Source: Stegostoma tigrinum | Taxonomy: Eukaryota | NCBI RefSeq assembly: GCF_030684315.1 | Contig: NC_081393.1 | Location: forward strand, 16,301,479-16,365,478 | DNA length: 64,000 nt | Reading direction: 5' to 3' | Shown here: positions 12,571-23,948 of the stretch, in pieces | Layout of the letters: each line of letters begins with the position of its first letter | How positions within the stretch are numbered: position 1 is the stretch's first letter | Translations under genes and position numbers: made by a program | Notes under the pieces: generated by a model | Told to the model about the DNA's origin: nothing | The model's input: the letters and a program-made list of their open reading frames with translations, nothing else | The model's database searches: none

Positions 12571-14887
12571 TCTAATTTTCAAATTTGGTTTTTATTTTAA
12601 GTTTCCCAAATTCCTCTCTTAAAAGGTGCTAACTGTTGTGAGTGGACAGTCCCATTGTCCCAGTATCCACAAATTTTCATCCAAATAGTCTTTCTTCATC
12701 TGTGACCCTAGGAAGTTTATGTTGACAGGCTATTCAGCTGCATCACAGTTAAGCCAGTCCAGTTCACTCCTGATATTCCCATCTGAGCCATTTTGTTTTT
12801 CCTACCTCCTCATTTGGTCGCTTAAACGTCATTAATCTCCCTGCCGCACAAGAGGAATTTTCTTGCTGACAGATCTTTGTTGAGGAATGGAAGAGGAACA
12901 CGTAGTGAATTGTTATTTATTTCTGCTCCCTTACCAGAGAATCATCCCTGCTCCATTTGCAAGAGCATAAAAAACAGGATATCACTAGGCACACTAGCCT
13001 GTGTAGTTCTCCAGTACTGGGCGAGCCATTCCCGAGACAACCTGCATTACCTCCAGATCCGTACTGTTCCTTCCTCCTTGTATTAGGAAGGAAGAAATTT
13101 CCTCGGCTTAATTTAGTCTGGTAAAATTATAAAATCAACTCAAAGTATTTTTATAATTTTGCTACATCTAAAGAGTCCTCTGCCTCCTCAGACCCAGCCA
13201 CAGTTCCAAAATGCCTACTTTTCCATTCCTTGATTTGAAGAATTTACAATTCAGTTCTTCAAACCAGCCATTTCTTGCTTGAAATATCTACCCTGATCCT
13301 TCTCCATACCCTTTGAGCTTCATACTCTATTATTCATGATAAATGTTTTGTCCTGCTCTTTAAAAATCTTCTGTGGTGAGATCCACAGATACTTGACAGT
13401 GTTGTTCACTGTGGGTAGCAATGATAACTGAGACTCCAAGCATTGTACTTAAATCTGCCAGCCCTGTGAGCTATTAAACTGGGATGTGTAAAACCCAAAA
13501 AAAATTATGTTTCTTGGCACTTATAATTGCGAAAAGATTGAAACCAAATTACATCTTTAGCAATGAAAGAGCTGAAGAGGATTTGTTTTCCACAGCTATA
13601 AAAATGAATTGCTTGGGCTCTGATACAAGCCAGATTGTAAGTAATTAGAAGCCCATTGCCATTAAGTATTATAATTTCAGACAACCAGAGGGAGATCACT
13701 TAATGTAAAGCTGTGGTATAATTCAGGTGTAAGTCTTATTTTAGTGGTATTATCTTTGCCTCTGTGTCAGAAAGTTGTGGGTTCAAGCTCCACTCTTTAA
13801 AAACTTGAGCACATAATTTCAGCCCATGCTTTAATGACACAGCAAGAGTGTGCTGCACTGCTGGTGGTGATTTCTTTAGAAAGAGAAATTTCTGCACTGA
13901 TGTATTGCCTGATGTTCAGTTACAAATTTTAGAAGCTTTAAAAGGTTTTAATTTGATGTCACATTTGTTCATGAGAATATTGATGGAAAAGTGACAGTAA
14001 TCGCAGTTTGTCGACCAATCATGTAATTCTGTCATTGCCAAGCCTGAACATAAGATGATGACGAATCCTACCGAATGATATATTTTTGCTTAAATCACTT
14101 GATTAAAAAAAAACTATCTGAAACCTTAATGTAGTAAAGAAGTAAAGCAAGCTGTGAGTATTATTTTTGTGCACTCGTGGAGAAGCATTTCTGTTGGTTG
14201 GTGGTTAAATGTTGCTGAACATAGGTTGTATGGAAATCAGCCCACCCTTCTTCTGTTCATTGATCTAAGCTCAGCTTTTTGGGAAGTTTTTTGTCTCTGC
14301 AAATTCTAAAGGACTGAAACCAATCATCACTGTCATGATGAAATGTTAAGTGGGAAAGAAACCAGCCTAACCAATTTGACCTGCAAATGTGGATGTAGGA
14401 GATTGCAATGTTCAGAAATCACTAGCCATCCTGGAATGAAATTGGATCTCAGAGCAACCATGAACCATTTTCTCGTGGAAAAGGTTGAAGAGGCTAAACT
14501 GCATCCTTTTGTTTCCAAACTCCAGTTAGTGATGCAGTTAGACTCTGAACATAGAACTGTGGGTTAAAGGGGCACAGTCAACATTTTTTTGGTACAGAAC
14601 CAACATCACTTTTTAAATCCAATATTTTCCTCACGACTTGACTCCAAACAGTGAATGTTTCTATTAAATCATGCATACTTCATTGGAGATAAGCCTTGTT
14701 AGTTTGTGCAGAGTGAAAGAATTCCCTGCTGTGGTCATTGATTAAGTTCATTTACTTATTTTAAGTAGCTGCAGTTTAGTATGATTATTCGGCCACTGGG
14801 TTTCTAGTGTGAAGTACAGTAAAACCCAGACAATACAGAAATGGCTGAAATCAAAACTGGGCAGCCTTCGCTGGTCACACCACTTAC

Positions 14888-15055
14888 CTTTCCTTATTTG
14901 TGGTTTGTCGAGCTTTTCTTTTTGATTTTTCCGTCGAGTCTCCTTTATTTTTTGAGTCTTGGGTTTCTTTGCCTTTTTGCCACCTTTTGTTTTCTCAGGT
15001 TGTGTAGCCTCAGATGGCTTTTCTGCAATCTGCCCTTCTGTTCGTGTGCATACAT
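14888..15055 (-). CDS. DKK4: Dickkopf-4 exon 3 (end of CRD1 + Lys-rich linker: (D)VCTRTEGQ...KPQIRK(G))
   Basis: Acceptor ctctcttttAG, donor GTAAGT; 168 nt, phase 1-1. Begins DVCT and ends RKG like human DKK4 exon 3. Confidence 0.9.
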
Positions 15056-15896
15056 CTAAAAGAGAGAGAACAAAAGAGTTGTCTGTCAGAAATTGCCAAC
15101 AACACCCCACCCCCACCTCAACCCCACACCTTCCCTAGGGATCAATCTTCCCAAACAATTTCAGTACTTCACCATGAATTGCGTTCATAAGATGGAAAGG
15201 CTTTTAAAACAAACTTTATTGTGTGACACTTAACAGTGGTAGGTGTAGATTTACGCAGGATACAGCTGTATAAAAGCAGTGCCTCAGGCTAGTCGAGGGT
15301 GAGGGGAAGCAGTTAAGATTAAAGATACTTTTCAAAGGTGTACTTCTGAGCAGATTTCTGATGAAACATGAGTTGAGTTAAAGATTCTTAACTTCATACA
15401 GAACTCAACTTCATAAGAGGAGACAGCTAATTTCCTGTTGGATGAGGAACCACATTGCCTGCAATTCTTGCAGGCAGTTATTGCAAGTTTGTAGCCAGAT
15501 CCTTGATGGTTAAACATACTGAGGAATACTTTCCACATAGCAGCTTTCATTTCCCTTTTTTTTCCAACACACTTTCCCAGTCAGAAGGCCACCTTCATAA
15601 CGTGCCCTCTAATGTAGCAGCTAGTCGCTATGATCATTCTTTTCATTAGTTTTCTTTTTAATCCTCTTGAGCATCCTAACTCATCCGATACACTTTTTTT
15701 TCCCTCCTTTTAAATCACTGCTTCCCAAATGTTTAAACTTCTTAAATTCTTCAGAGTTTCTTTCCTCCGAGAGTCTGGATTTAAATTTGACAGTTACCAT
15801 ATTCCAAGGAAGACAGTGTTACCAAAGAGATGAGCCATGCTGAATGAAAAACCACCAGAGGCAGTAGGACCAGCAAAACTTGAAGGTAAACCAGCA

Positions 15897-16109
15897 GAGA
15901 TAATGGGAACTGCAGATGCTGGAGAATCCAAGATAACAAAGTGTGGAGCTGGATGAACACAGCAGGCCAAGCAGCATCTCAGGAGCACAAAAGCTGACGT
16001 TTCGGGCCTAGGCTCTCTGATGAAGGGTCTAGACCTGAAACGTCAGCTTTTGTGCTCCTGAGATGCTGCTTGGCCTGCTGTGTTTATCCAGCTCCACACT
16101 TTGTTATCT
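15897..16109. mobile_element. Short palindromic Penelope-derived insertion
   Basis: Near-perfect ~80-bp inverted arms; exact 14-bp TSD aaggtaaaccagca (15883-15896 / 16110-16123). Confidence 0.92.
16012..16050 (+). ncRNA. Minimal type I hammerhead ribozyme motif (CTGATGA-stem II-GAAA-CGTC; predicted cut after 16044)
   Basis: All conserved core nucleotides present; palindromic ACGT stem III as in dimer-dependent PLE hammerheads; activity untested. Confidence 0.7.
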
Positions 16110-17639
16110 AAGGTAAACCAGCATGTTGTCATAATATTTTCTCTCTCTCTCAGCCTCTGTCCATACCACTCCCACTCCCATCCCTCTCTCTCGCGCCCCC
16201 CCCCCCCACCCAAGTTACAACCCAACATCACCCTTGTCTCCCATGGGTAGTCTGCACCAGAAGAAAGTGTAAACACATTGTGAAAAGTTTGGGTAAATGT
16301 TAGGGTGAACCCAAGACTTTATAATGCATATGATGTCAAATTTATTATTTTTAAATATCTTGGGCAGAATTTTAGCAGCATCTGAGCTTTGTGGGTGAGA
16401 TTTGTGACAAAGCCAGATGAGAAATGCGGCAGCGCCTATATCACTGTCAGGAGCTTCATTTTTTATGATTTTCGAGGCAGTGTGGTGAATAAATGGGGAG
16501 AGGTGAGTTGTCAATTAAGGGGGATTGTAGCTTGTTAAACAACCGTGCAGGACGACTCTGTATTCATTGTGGTTGTCTAGGTACACAACAGGTTTTTGAC
16601 GATGGCGTGGGTGCAAGTCTGCTGATCTTTTAGTGGATAACCAGCAAATGGCAAGTTGTTCGGAGAACCGATTATGGTAAGATAGGACTAAAAGTGGATG
16701 AGAAGGATCCTGTGGGGCCAAGGTACTAAATTAATGAAGAACTCTTGGTGAGATATAGTGGAATGTCCTGCTGGGCCTTATAGTGAGAGTCCCCCCAAAA
16801 CCGTGACTCAACTCACATGAGTCCAAAAAAAAGTAAAATTCAGCCCCTCATATCATACTCATCCCTCAGTTTGCTTAGAGATTTCAAAATTATACACAAT
16901 TAATACATTGTATGATATATTTGCAAAACCTAACTTTCTGTGCCATGGCTGAAACATCCAGAATTTCATTTTTCTGTTGTGTCTAGTGTTTGAAGCTATT
17001 GCCATCTTTCACTTATATCTCCTGGAAAAAATATAGGCATAATGGTCACAAAGTATGTCCTTGTAAGTAATTGTTCCTATGAATGGAATAGTGAAAGAAG
17101 ACAGTTAATCGGAATTTAGCAAGCTAAGATTCATGTTTTAAAAGACAAGTTCGCTCCTTACTGTCTGTTCTATTTTAAAGTTTTAAATTATTACAGACTG
17201 TGTCACTCCCTACAGCACAGTACAGCTGTATCCTGCAGATGTAGATGTTGCCATCCATCAAGTTTTAGTAACATATCGATGCTGTTTTAACGAATTAATT
17301 CTGTCCCCATTGAAAGCTTTGACTCCTTGGGAACACAGTACAATAGGAGAACGGCAAATGCTTTGTTCAAATCTCACAAGGTTGATTGCTCCATTTCTTT
17401 GTCTGAAGAACCAGAGCCAACAGTAATATTATCGTTCCACCCTGGCTGAGATGAGCGAGTTTATTTGGGATCAAAGTTGGCACCTTCCCAGAATGTATAT
17501 TTATCTCTGGTTGCATGACTCCTGGAATGTTCAGTCTTGCCAGCACTATGTTGAGAAAAGACTGACTGCTACGCACTCGATTTTTTTAAAAAAATTCCAC
17601 TTATGCATTCTTCTTGACAAAAACCTATTTCTGACTCTG

Positions 17640-18225
17640 AAAGATGTGTCTTGGTTGGCGATGAATAGCTTAGAGAAGAGTGTTCTGAGGATTAACATCG
17701 ACCACTTAATTGTTCCAGCCAGATGTGTGCTATGGCTGCAATAGCAGGTCAAATGCTGGGAATTATATGTGTAACTCAGCTACTGACTTCCCAAAGCCTG
17801 TCTACCACCTACAAGACACATGTTAGGAATATGATTGATTACTCCATTATTGTTTGAATGAATGCATCTCCAAATACGCTGAAGAAGCTTGACACCATCC
17901 AGAGCACAGTAGCTCACTTGATTGGCACCCACCTTAAACGTTCACTGTCTCCACCACCAATACATGGTGGTTTACAGAGACACACATGTGCTCGCTCACT
18001 CAGTCACTCTCACCCACAGTCTCATGCACACGCTGTCCTGCTCTCTCGTTTGTTCACTCACTGTTTGGAACAACATCTCTTTTCCTTCATTATTGTTTAT
18101 TCCAAAATCTCGAACTCAGTTCCCAACAGCATTGTGGGTGTAGCACATTGCAAAGACCACAGTGGTTCAAGAAAACAGCTCATCACCGCCTACTCATGGG
18201 CAATTTAGGAAACAGAATAAATTTT
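17640..18225 (+). mobile_element. Old non-LTR LINE 3' fragment (CR1/L2 group)
   Basis: Decayed 'ttyktHVR..i.ys' / KKLDTIQ coding remnant; tail gggcaatttagg...aataaa resembles the SINE tail at ~63700. Confidence 0.6.
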
Positions 18226-18374
18226 GGAGTTTCCCATGAGCAATGTTTTAAAAAGAAAACACACAGTGAAATTTCTAAGAATGGGAGCTGGATTTGCAAA
18301 TTGCTTTTTTGTTAAATCAACCAAACTGGGGACATAAATCCCACAACTAGACAAAGAAACACAATAGAAACACA

Positions 18375-18536
18375 GAGATAACAAAGCGTGGAGCTGGATG
18401 AACACAGCAGGCCAAGCAGGATCATAGGAGCAGGAAAGCTGACGTTTCGGGCCTAGACCCTTCTTCAGACTTTAGCTTTCCTGCTCCTATGATCCTGCTT
18501 GGCCTGCTGTGTTCATTCAGCTCTACATCTTGTTAT
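18375..18536. mobile_element. Short palindromic Penelope-derived insertion
   Basis: ~63-bp inverted arms; 15-bp TSD caca(a/g)tagaaacaca (18360-18374 / 18537-18551). Confidence 0.9.
18435..18473 (-). ncRNA. Minimal hammerhead ribozyme motif (CTGAAGA-agggtctaggccc-GAAA-CGTC), sense to the DKK4 pre-mRNA
   Basis: Reverse complement of 18441-18468 has an intact core, sitting in the loop between the inverted arms. Confidence 0.7.
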
Positions 18537-20229
18537 CACAGTAGAAACACATACATCTTCCCCTTTGCTGAGCCGGTGTAGCTCCAGCATCATTGGAAGG
18601 ACAGTTCTGTGTGACTGGAGGTGGGTTAATAGTACAGTGTTCCTTCACTAACAGAAAGGCTGTACTAAGGCAATATAACACTAATACAAGTGGGGACAGT
18701 ATTAAGTATCAGCTCAGCAATACAAAGAGAACTCTGCAATGTCTGGGGACAATACTGAGGGAATACTGCAAAGTTTGAAAGCTGGACTCACAGAGTAAGC
18801 TTGAGACACTTATTGGACTGTACATAACATACTGTATTCAGCAGTTGTCATGGACCTAACTGCACACTTAGATTGACTTTGATTTCAGCTTCTACCTCTT
18901 TGAGCTCGATGAAGAACTCTTGAAAATCATTCTTAGTTTGCCTACTTCAAAGGTACACATCACAGCAAAGACCTCATGAGGTATCAATTCTTGAATCCTT
19001 TGAAAACAGTCAATTCATGTAAATAGCTACTTACTTCAAAGATACTTCTCTCAATCAAGATTTCCTTACTTGTCTGCTTTGGAATAAGTTTGTTCACCAT
19101 TTATCTTCCTATCCTGTAATTAATTGCTCTCCTCTGCTTCTGAAGGAAGTTATCCTTCAACCAGTCATGGCCAACATTGTCACAGTCACTTATTTTCTTG
19201 CATAATAGTTTCTTATTCGTAATAAACTAAGATTTGAAGCAGAAGATTAGACAAGCGTCCTTCTTTGCACTTCATTGCTGGCATTGAATAACCATTGCTT
19301 TAGGGCACAGTGAAAATCTGTTATTAATCCATGACTCTGCAAGATGCTTAACAATGGCCATTTACACATTGGCAGTCTGAAAGGCAGGTTTTCCAGAGGA
19401 TGTGCTTCAATGTCAAGGAACAGTGGGTTAAATACGTTCTGGACGCTGGGGAAAATGCTTTTCCATGTTTACAGTGAATGTTTGTATTTGCAGCCACTCC
19501 TTAGTTTTTTGGAGGGGCTGCTGCGAAATTTTTGGTTGCATTTCAGCTGAATGCTCCTGATCTGTGGGCACCCCATGCAGATGGTTTGGCAGGGCAGGTC
19601 AGAGGGTGTCTTGTAGGTTTGTCCCTGGGCTTGACCAACGTGGCCTTTAACAGGATCAAACAGCAGGCTGTGGAGGAGTCATTCTAACTAACTGCCCGCC
19701 CCTTTTTTTTGCATTTACATCCGCATTCGGATCCACAGAGAATGAGCGGTGTCCACTGGCACCATAGAGGCCTTTTAGAGACTGGTGAGCACTGCAGGGG
19801 CTGGAGTGCATTATTACTGCGGACAATGATATTTTGTTAACCACTAGTTTGTATTTTGGTTGCAGTGGCAAACATGGCCGTTTAACCAGGTTTTAAGCCT
19901 GATTTTTAAAAAGCCAGAAGCAGTGCTGAGTGAGTGTTAAACCAAAGAGCTTCATTTATTGTTGTGATATCATTGTACAATTTTTCAGGGATGTTTCTGG
20001 TCTGTCTCTCCTTCACCTGTGTAAGGAGTAGATTTTGCATCTCTACGTACCTTTTCATTCCATTCTCCTTTTGCCTGCTACCCACTGTTGTTTGAGTCAC
20101 TATGTTTTATTTGCTCCTAAAGAATTCTGTTAAAAGCCAGGGTTATTCCATTGTCCATAGAGCAAGGGAAAGGAACTCCATTAGATGGAAATAGTTATGT
20201 CATGTACCACTCCTATGCTGAGCAGGAAT

Positions 20230-20970
20230 TGGAGTAGACTCATAGATGTTTCCAGTGCAGAAGGAGGCCATTTGGCCCATCATGTCTGCAATAGTCAGCA
20301 AGGATCTGACTACGCTATTCTCATTTTCCAGTTGTTGGAGGTGATGGGAATACAATCAAATATCTAAATACTGATTAAATCTTTTGAGAGTTTCTGTCTC
20401 AACCACCCTATCAGACAGTGAGTTCCAGAGACCCCACCCTCTGAGTGGAAAAAAAATTCTCTTCATTTTTCACTTCGCCTTGTGTTCTATTTAAACGTTT
20501 CAATTTTAAACACCTTCTTATAACAGTGCCCTCTCAACCTTTGCTGCTTCAAGGAAAACAACCCCAGCCCCTCCAGTCTTTCTTCATAGTCCACACTGTA
20601 GCCCATACAGCATCCAGGTAAATCTCCTTTGTACTCTCTCTTGTGTAATCACATCCTTCTGGTCATCTGGTGCAGTTGTGGCCTAATCAGTATTTTATAT
20701 AGTCTTCGTATAACGTCCTTTGTTCTTGTATTGTGTGCCTCGATTAATGAATTAATGTACACCAAGATCCTCTTGATCTTCTGTACTTCCCAGAGTCCTC
20801 CAGTTTACAGTGTATCATTTGCCTTGTTAGTCCTCCCTCAGTGCATTTTTTGACACTGTTTTTGGGTTGAATTCCATTTGCCATTGCTGTGCTCACCTGA
20901 CTGGTCCATCTTCTCTCAGTTTACAGCTATCCTCCTCAATATTCGCCACCTGATCAATATTTGTGTCATT
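20230..20970 (-). mobile_element. Degenerate CR1 LINE 3' fragment
   Basis: Similar to the reverse complement of the CR1 RT C-terminal region and tail. Confidence 0.65.
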
Positions 20971-21479
20971 AATGTGGGATCAGTGAATATACCCTAACCA
21001 TTTCATTGACTGCTGGTGAATTTACCTCCATTCACTTTGCTGCAATGACACTGACTTCTACCCATCAGTCTGTGCTGTGTCATTTCAAAAGTAAATCTTG
21101 AGCACAATATTGTTAAAGCCATAAAGCCAACCAAAGAGAAGGTGACACTGGATAAAATAGACTGAGCTTTCTGATTTGGGATATGTTAATGCAAATGTGC
21201 AAATGCTAAATGGCTATGGTTTCCTCTAGTGTCAAAGTAATGTCTATCAGAAACAGTAGCCATTCAGTTACCCAGTGTGATCCGAAGAGTAAGATTTGTA
21301 TTTGCACCATGTCGTTTGGAATAATCCAGCTTCACCACTGACTGACTGACTCCTGGGATATGTGCAGTCATTTTGCTTTGGATTCCTTTCAGGCTATAAT
21401 GTGAAGTGAGCTTACTTCACATCAACTCTGTGAGAAAGCTGTTTGGTAGAATCTCATGTTGCTGCAGTTCAGTCCTTAC

Positions 21480-21630
21480 CATTTAAACAGTGGCTCCCAG
21501 AGCAGCACATTTCATCACGTTGGCACTGTCTCCTTAGCCCCCTGCAAGCAGAGCAGATGGGTTGGTCATGATGGGAAGTGAGGCAAAAGCTCCCAGGGCC
21601 ACAGTCAGGATCTGCCAAGCACCGAGACAC
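21480..21630 (-). CDS. DKK4: Dickkopf-4 exon 2 (CRD1: VSRCLADPDCGPGSFCLTSHHDQPICSACRGLRRQCQRDEMCCSGSHCLN)
   Basis: Not in the ORF track; read by hand. Acceptor gattcttcAG, donor GTAAGG; 151 nt, phase 0-1. Cys spacing and CRGLRR.CQRD.MCC match human DKK4. Confidence 0.95.
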
Positions 21631-21868
21631 CTGAAGAATCAATGAAAAACATCATTGTAGTGAAAAATTAAGACTAGATCAGTGATTAATGCTTGTGGGA
21701 CATTAACAGTACAAGAAAGGGAGTTGGGGATCCAGCAGTGTAACATTATGAGAGAGTTGGTGTTCACACATTTCCATGCACCCATTCTGTATTTGAAATT
21801 TGTAATTTGTAATTACCTGCAGTGAGTCCTCACTGTACATTGTTGTAACCCAACATGATCTGCTTGGT

Positions 21869-22025
21869 GATAATGGGAACTGCAGATGCTGGAGAATCCA
21901 AGATAACAAAGTGTGGAGCTGGATGAACACAGCAGGCCAAGCAGCATCTCAGGAGCACAAAAGCTGATGTTTCGGGCCTAGACCCCTGATGAAGGGTCTA
22001 GGCCCGAAACGTCAGCTTTTGTGGC
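21869..22025. mobile_element. Short palindromic Penelope-derived insertion; intact hammerhead core on + at 21986-22013
   Basis: Exact 15-bp TSD catgatctgcttggt (21854-21868 / 22026-22040); CTGATGA-agggtctaggccc-GAAA-CGTC. Confidence 0.92.
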
Positions 22026-22089
22026 CATGATCTGCTTGGTAACATCTCTTTGCAGTTTGTCATTAATTTTAAGCCAGATGATTGAGCAA

Positions 22090-22365
22090 TCCCTACTCTG
22101 TATCAATATGTTCCAGTTCTGGAAATTTTGATGCGGGCACAGGGAGCTTTACTCTGTCCCCATCAAACACTCTAGGACAACAACAGTGCAAGGTTAGACA
22201 CCATGTCAAGAAGTTTTTCTTTCAATTTAAAAAGAGTGGAAAGTACTTATAGTTTAAAAGAATAGAGGGAGCTTTACTCTGTATCTAACCACATGCTATA
22301 CCTAAACTGTGAATATCTGATGGGACAATGTCGAGGGAGCTTCGTTGCTACCCTATGCTGTGCCA
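22090..22365. repeat. Degenerate tandem/dispersed repeat with unit core 'agggagctttactctgt'
   Basis: Core recurs at ~22141, ~22266 and ~22334. Confidence 0.55.
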
Positions 22366-22764
22366 TTCTGGCTCTGAGAGGGCCAAATCACTGGACTGAA
22401 AGAAAATTAGCAAGCAGTCAAAATGTTTGCTTCAAGAGTTGATGGTTTTGCTATGAAGTCAAGTTATTGAAATGGGCAGGGGATAATACTGGGCTCATCA
22501 CATTTTCTGCTCAAGAGTGGAAAAAAGTGTGTATTTCATTCTAGGCTGGGGCTGCTTTCCCTGGACTGTTGGAGGCTGAGGGTTGACCTTCTTGAGGTTT
22601 TTAAAATCATGAAATCATTCTTGGCAAAAATAAAATAGATAACTGAGAACAGGAAAATATGAGAATTGCAAAGGATGTCACAACAGTTTCAAAATCAGAC
22701 TATCAACAGTAGAAAAGACCAATCACTGAGTAATCAGCCCAAAATTCCTGTTGATGTAACAGTT

Positions 22765-23578
22765 TTTTCTCATTTATATAAATGATTGTATGTGAACATA
22801 GGAGGTATGGTTAGTAAGTTTGTAGATAATACCAAAATTCCTGGTGTAGAGGATAGCGAAGAAGGTTACCTCGGAGTACAAGTTGGCCAGTGGGCCAAGG
22901 TATGTCAGATGGAGTTTAATTGAGGTAAATATGAGGTGTTACATTTTTGTTAAGGCAAACCAGTCAGGACTTATGGTAGGGTCCTGGCGAGTGTGCCAAT
23001 CCAAGAGACCTAGGGATACAGATGAATAGTTCTTTGAAGGTGGAATTGCAGGTAGACAGGGTGGTGAAGAACATATTTAGCATGCTTGTCCTCATTGGTC
23101 AGTGCGTTTAGTGTTGGAGCTGGGAAGTCATGTTGCGGCTCTACAGGACACGGGTGAGGCCACTTTTAGAATACAGTGTTCAATTGTTGTCTCCCTGCTA
23201 TGGGAAAGATATTGTTAAACTTGAAAAGGTTCAGAAACTATTTACTGGGATGTTGCAGGGATTGGAGGGTTTGAGCGATAGGGAGAGGCTGAATAGGCTG
23301 GGGCTGCTTTCCCTGGAGTGTTGGAGTCTGAGGGTTGACCTTCTTGAGGTTTTTAAAATCATGAGCGGCATGGGTACGGTGAATAGCCAAGGTCTTTTTC
23401 TAGGGGAGGGTAGCCTAAAAGTAGAGGGCATAGGTCTTAGCTGGGAGGGGAAAGATTTAAAATAGCTTGCAGGGCAACTTTAAGGAGAGGTTGGTGCGCG
23501 TATGGAATGAGCTACTAGAGGAAGTGGTGCAAGCAGATACAATTACACCATTTTAAAGGCATCTGGATGGGTACACGC
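22765..23578 (+). mobile_element. CR1 LINE fragment (RT C-terminus)
   Basis: ORF 23130-23465 LYRTRVRPLLEY...; decayed SKFVDNTK motif. Confidence 0.85.
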
Positions 23579-23786
23579 TGTGCCTGTTTAAAAGACAGTC
23601 CACCCAGTGAATCTCGACTTTGTAAGTAATGTTCAACTCAGGACGTACTCAGTTCAACTCAGCTGCTGGTAAAGATCCCACAGCGATACATTGTAAATAG
23701 TGCGGCGGCGTTTTTGTTGATAGTTTAACTGTAGCCACTAGGCGGTGCTATTTACCCTTGTGCAACCTAGCCAACTGGAGCCAGTG

Positions 23787-23948
23787 ATATCAGGAACTGC
23801 AGATGCTGAAGAATCCGAGATAGCAAGGTGTGGAGCTGGATGAACACAGCAGAAAATTCTGACGAAGGGCCTAGACCCAAAACGTCAGCCTTCCTGCTCC
23901 TCTGATGCTGGTTGGCCTGCTGTGTCCATCCAGCTCTACACCTTGTTA
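23787..23948. mobile_element. Short palindromic Penelope-derived insertion; core on + with GAAA mutated to AAAA
   Basis: 15-bp TSD caactgga(g/t)ccagtg (23772-23786 / 23949-23963). Confidence 0.88.

Noticed and set aside
15332-15550. Cys-containing ORF (ACKNCRQC) as DKK4 exon 2
   Set aside because: Wrong Cys spacing; the true exon 2 is at 21480-21630.
15897-16109. MITE / DNA transposon, CRISPR or pre-miRNA interpretation of the palindromes
   Set aside because: Arms are unequal and vary between copies, TSDs are 13-15 bp, the sequence matches the Penelope terminus, and there is no repeat-spacer array.
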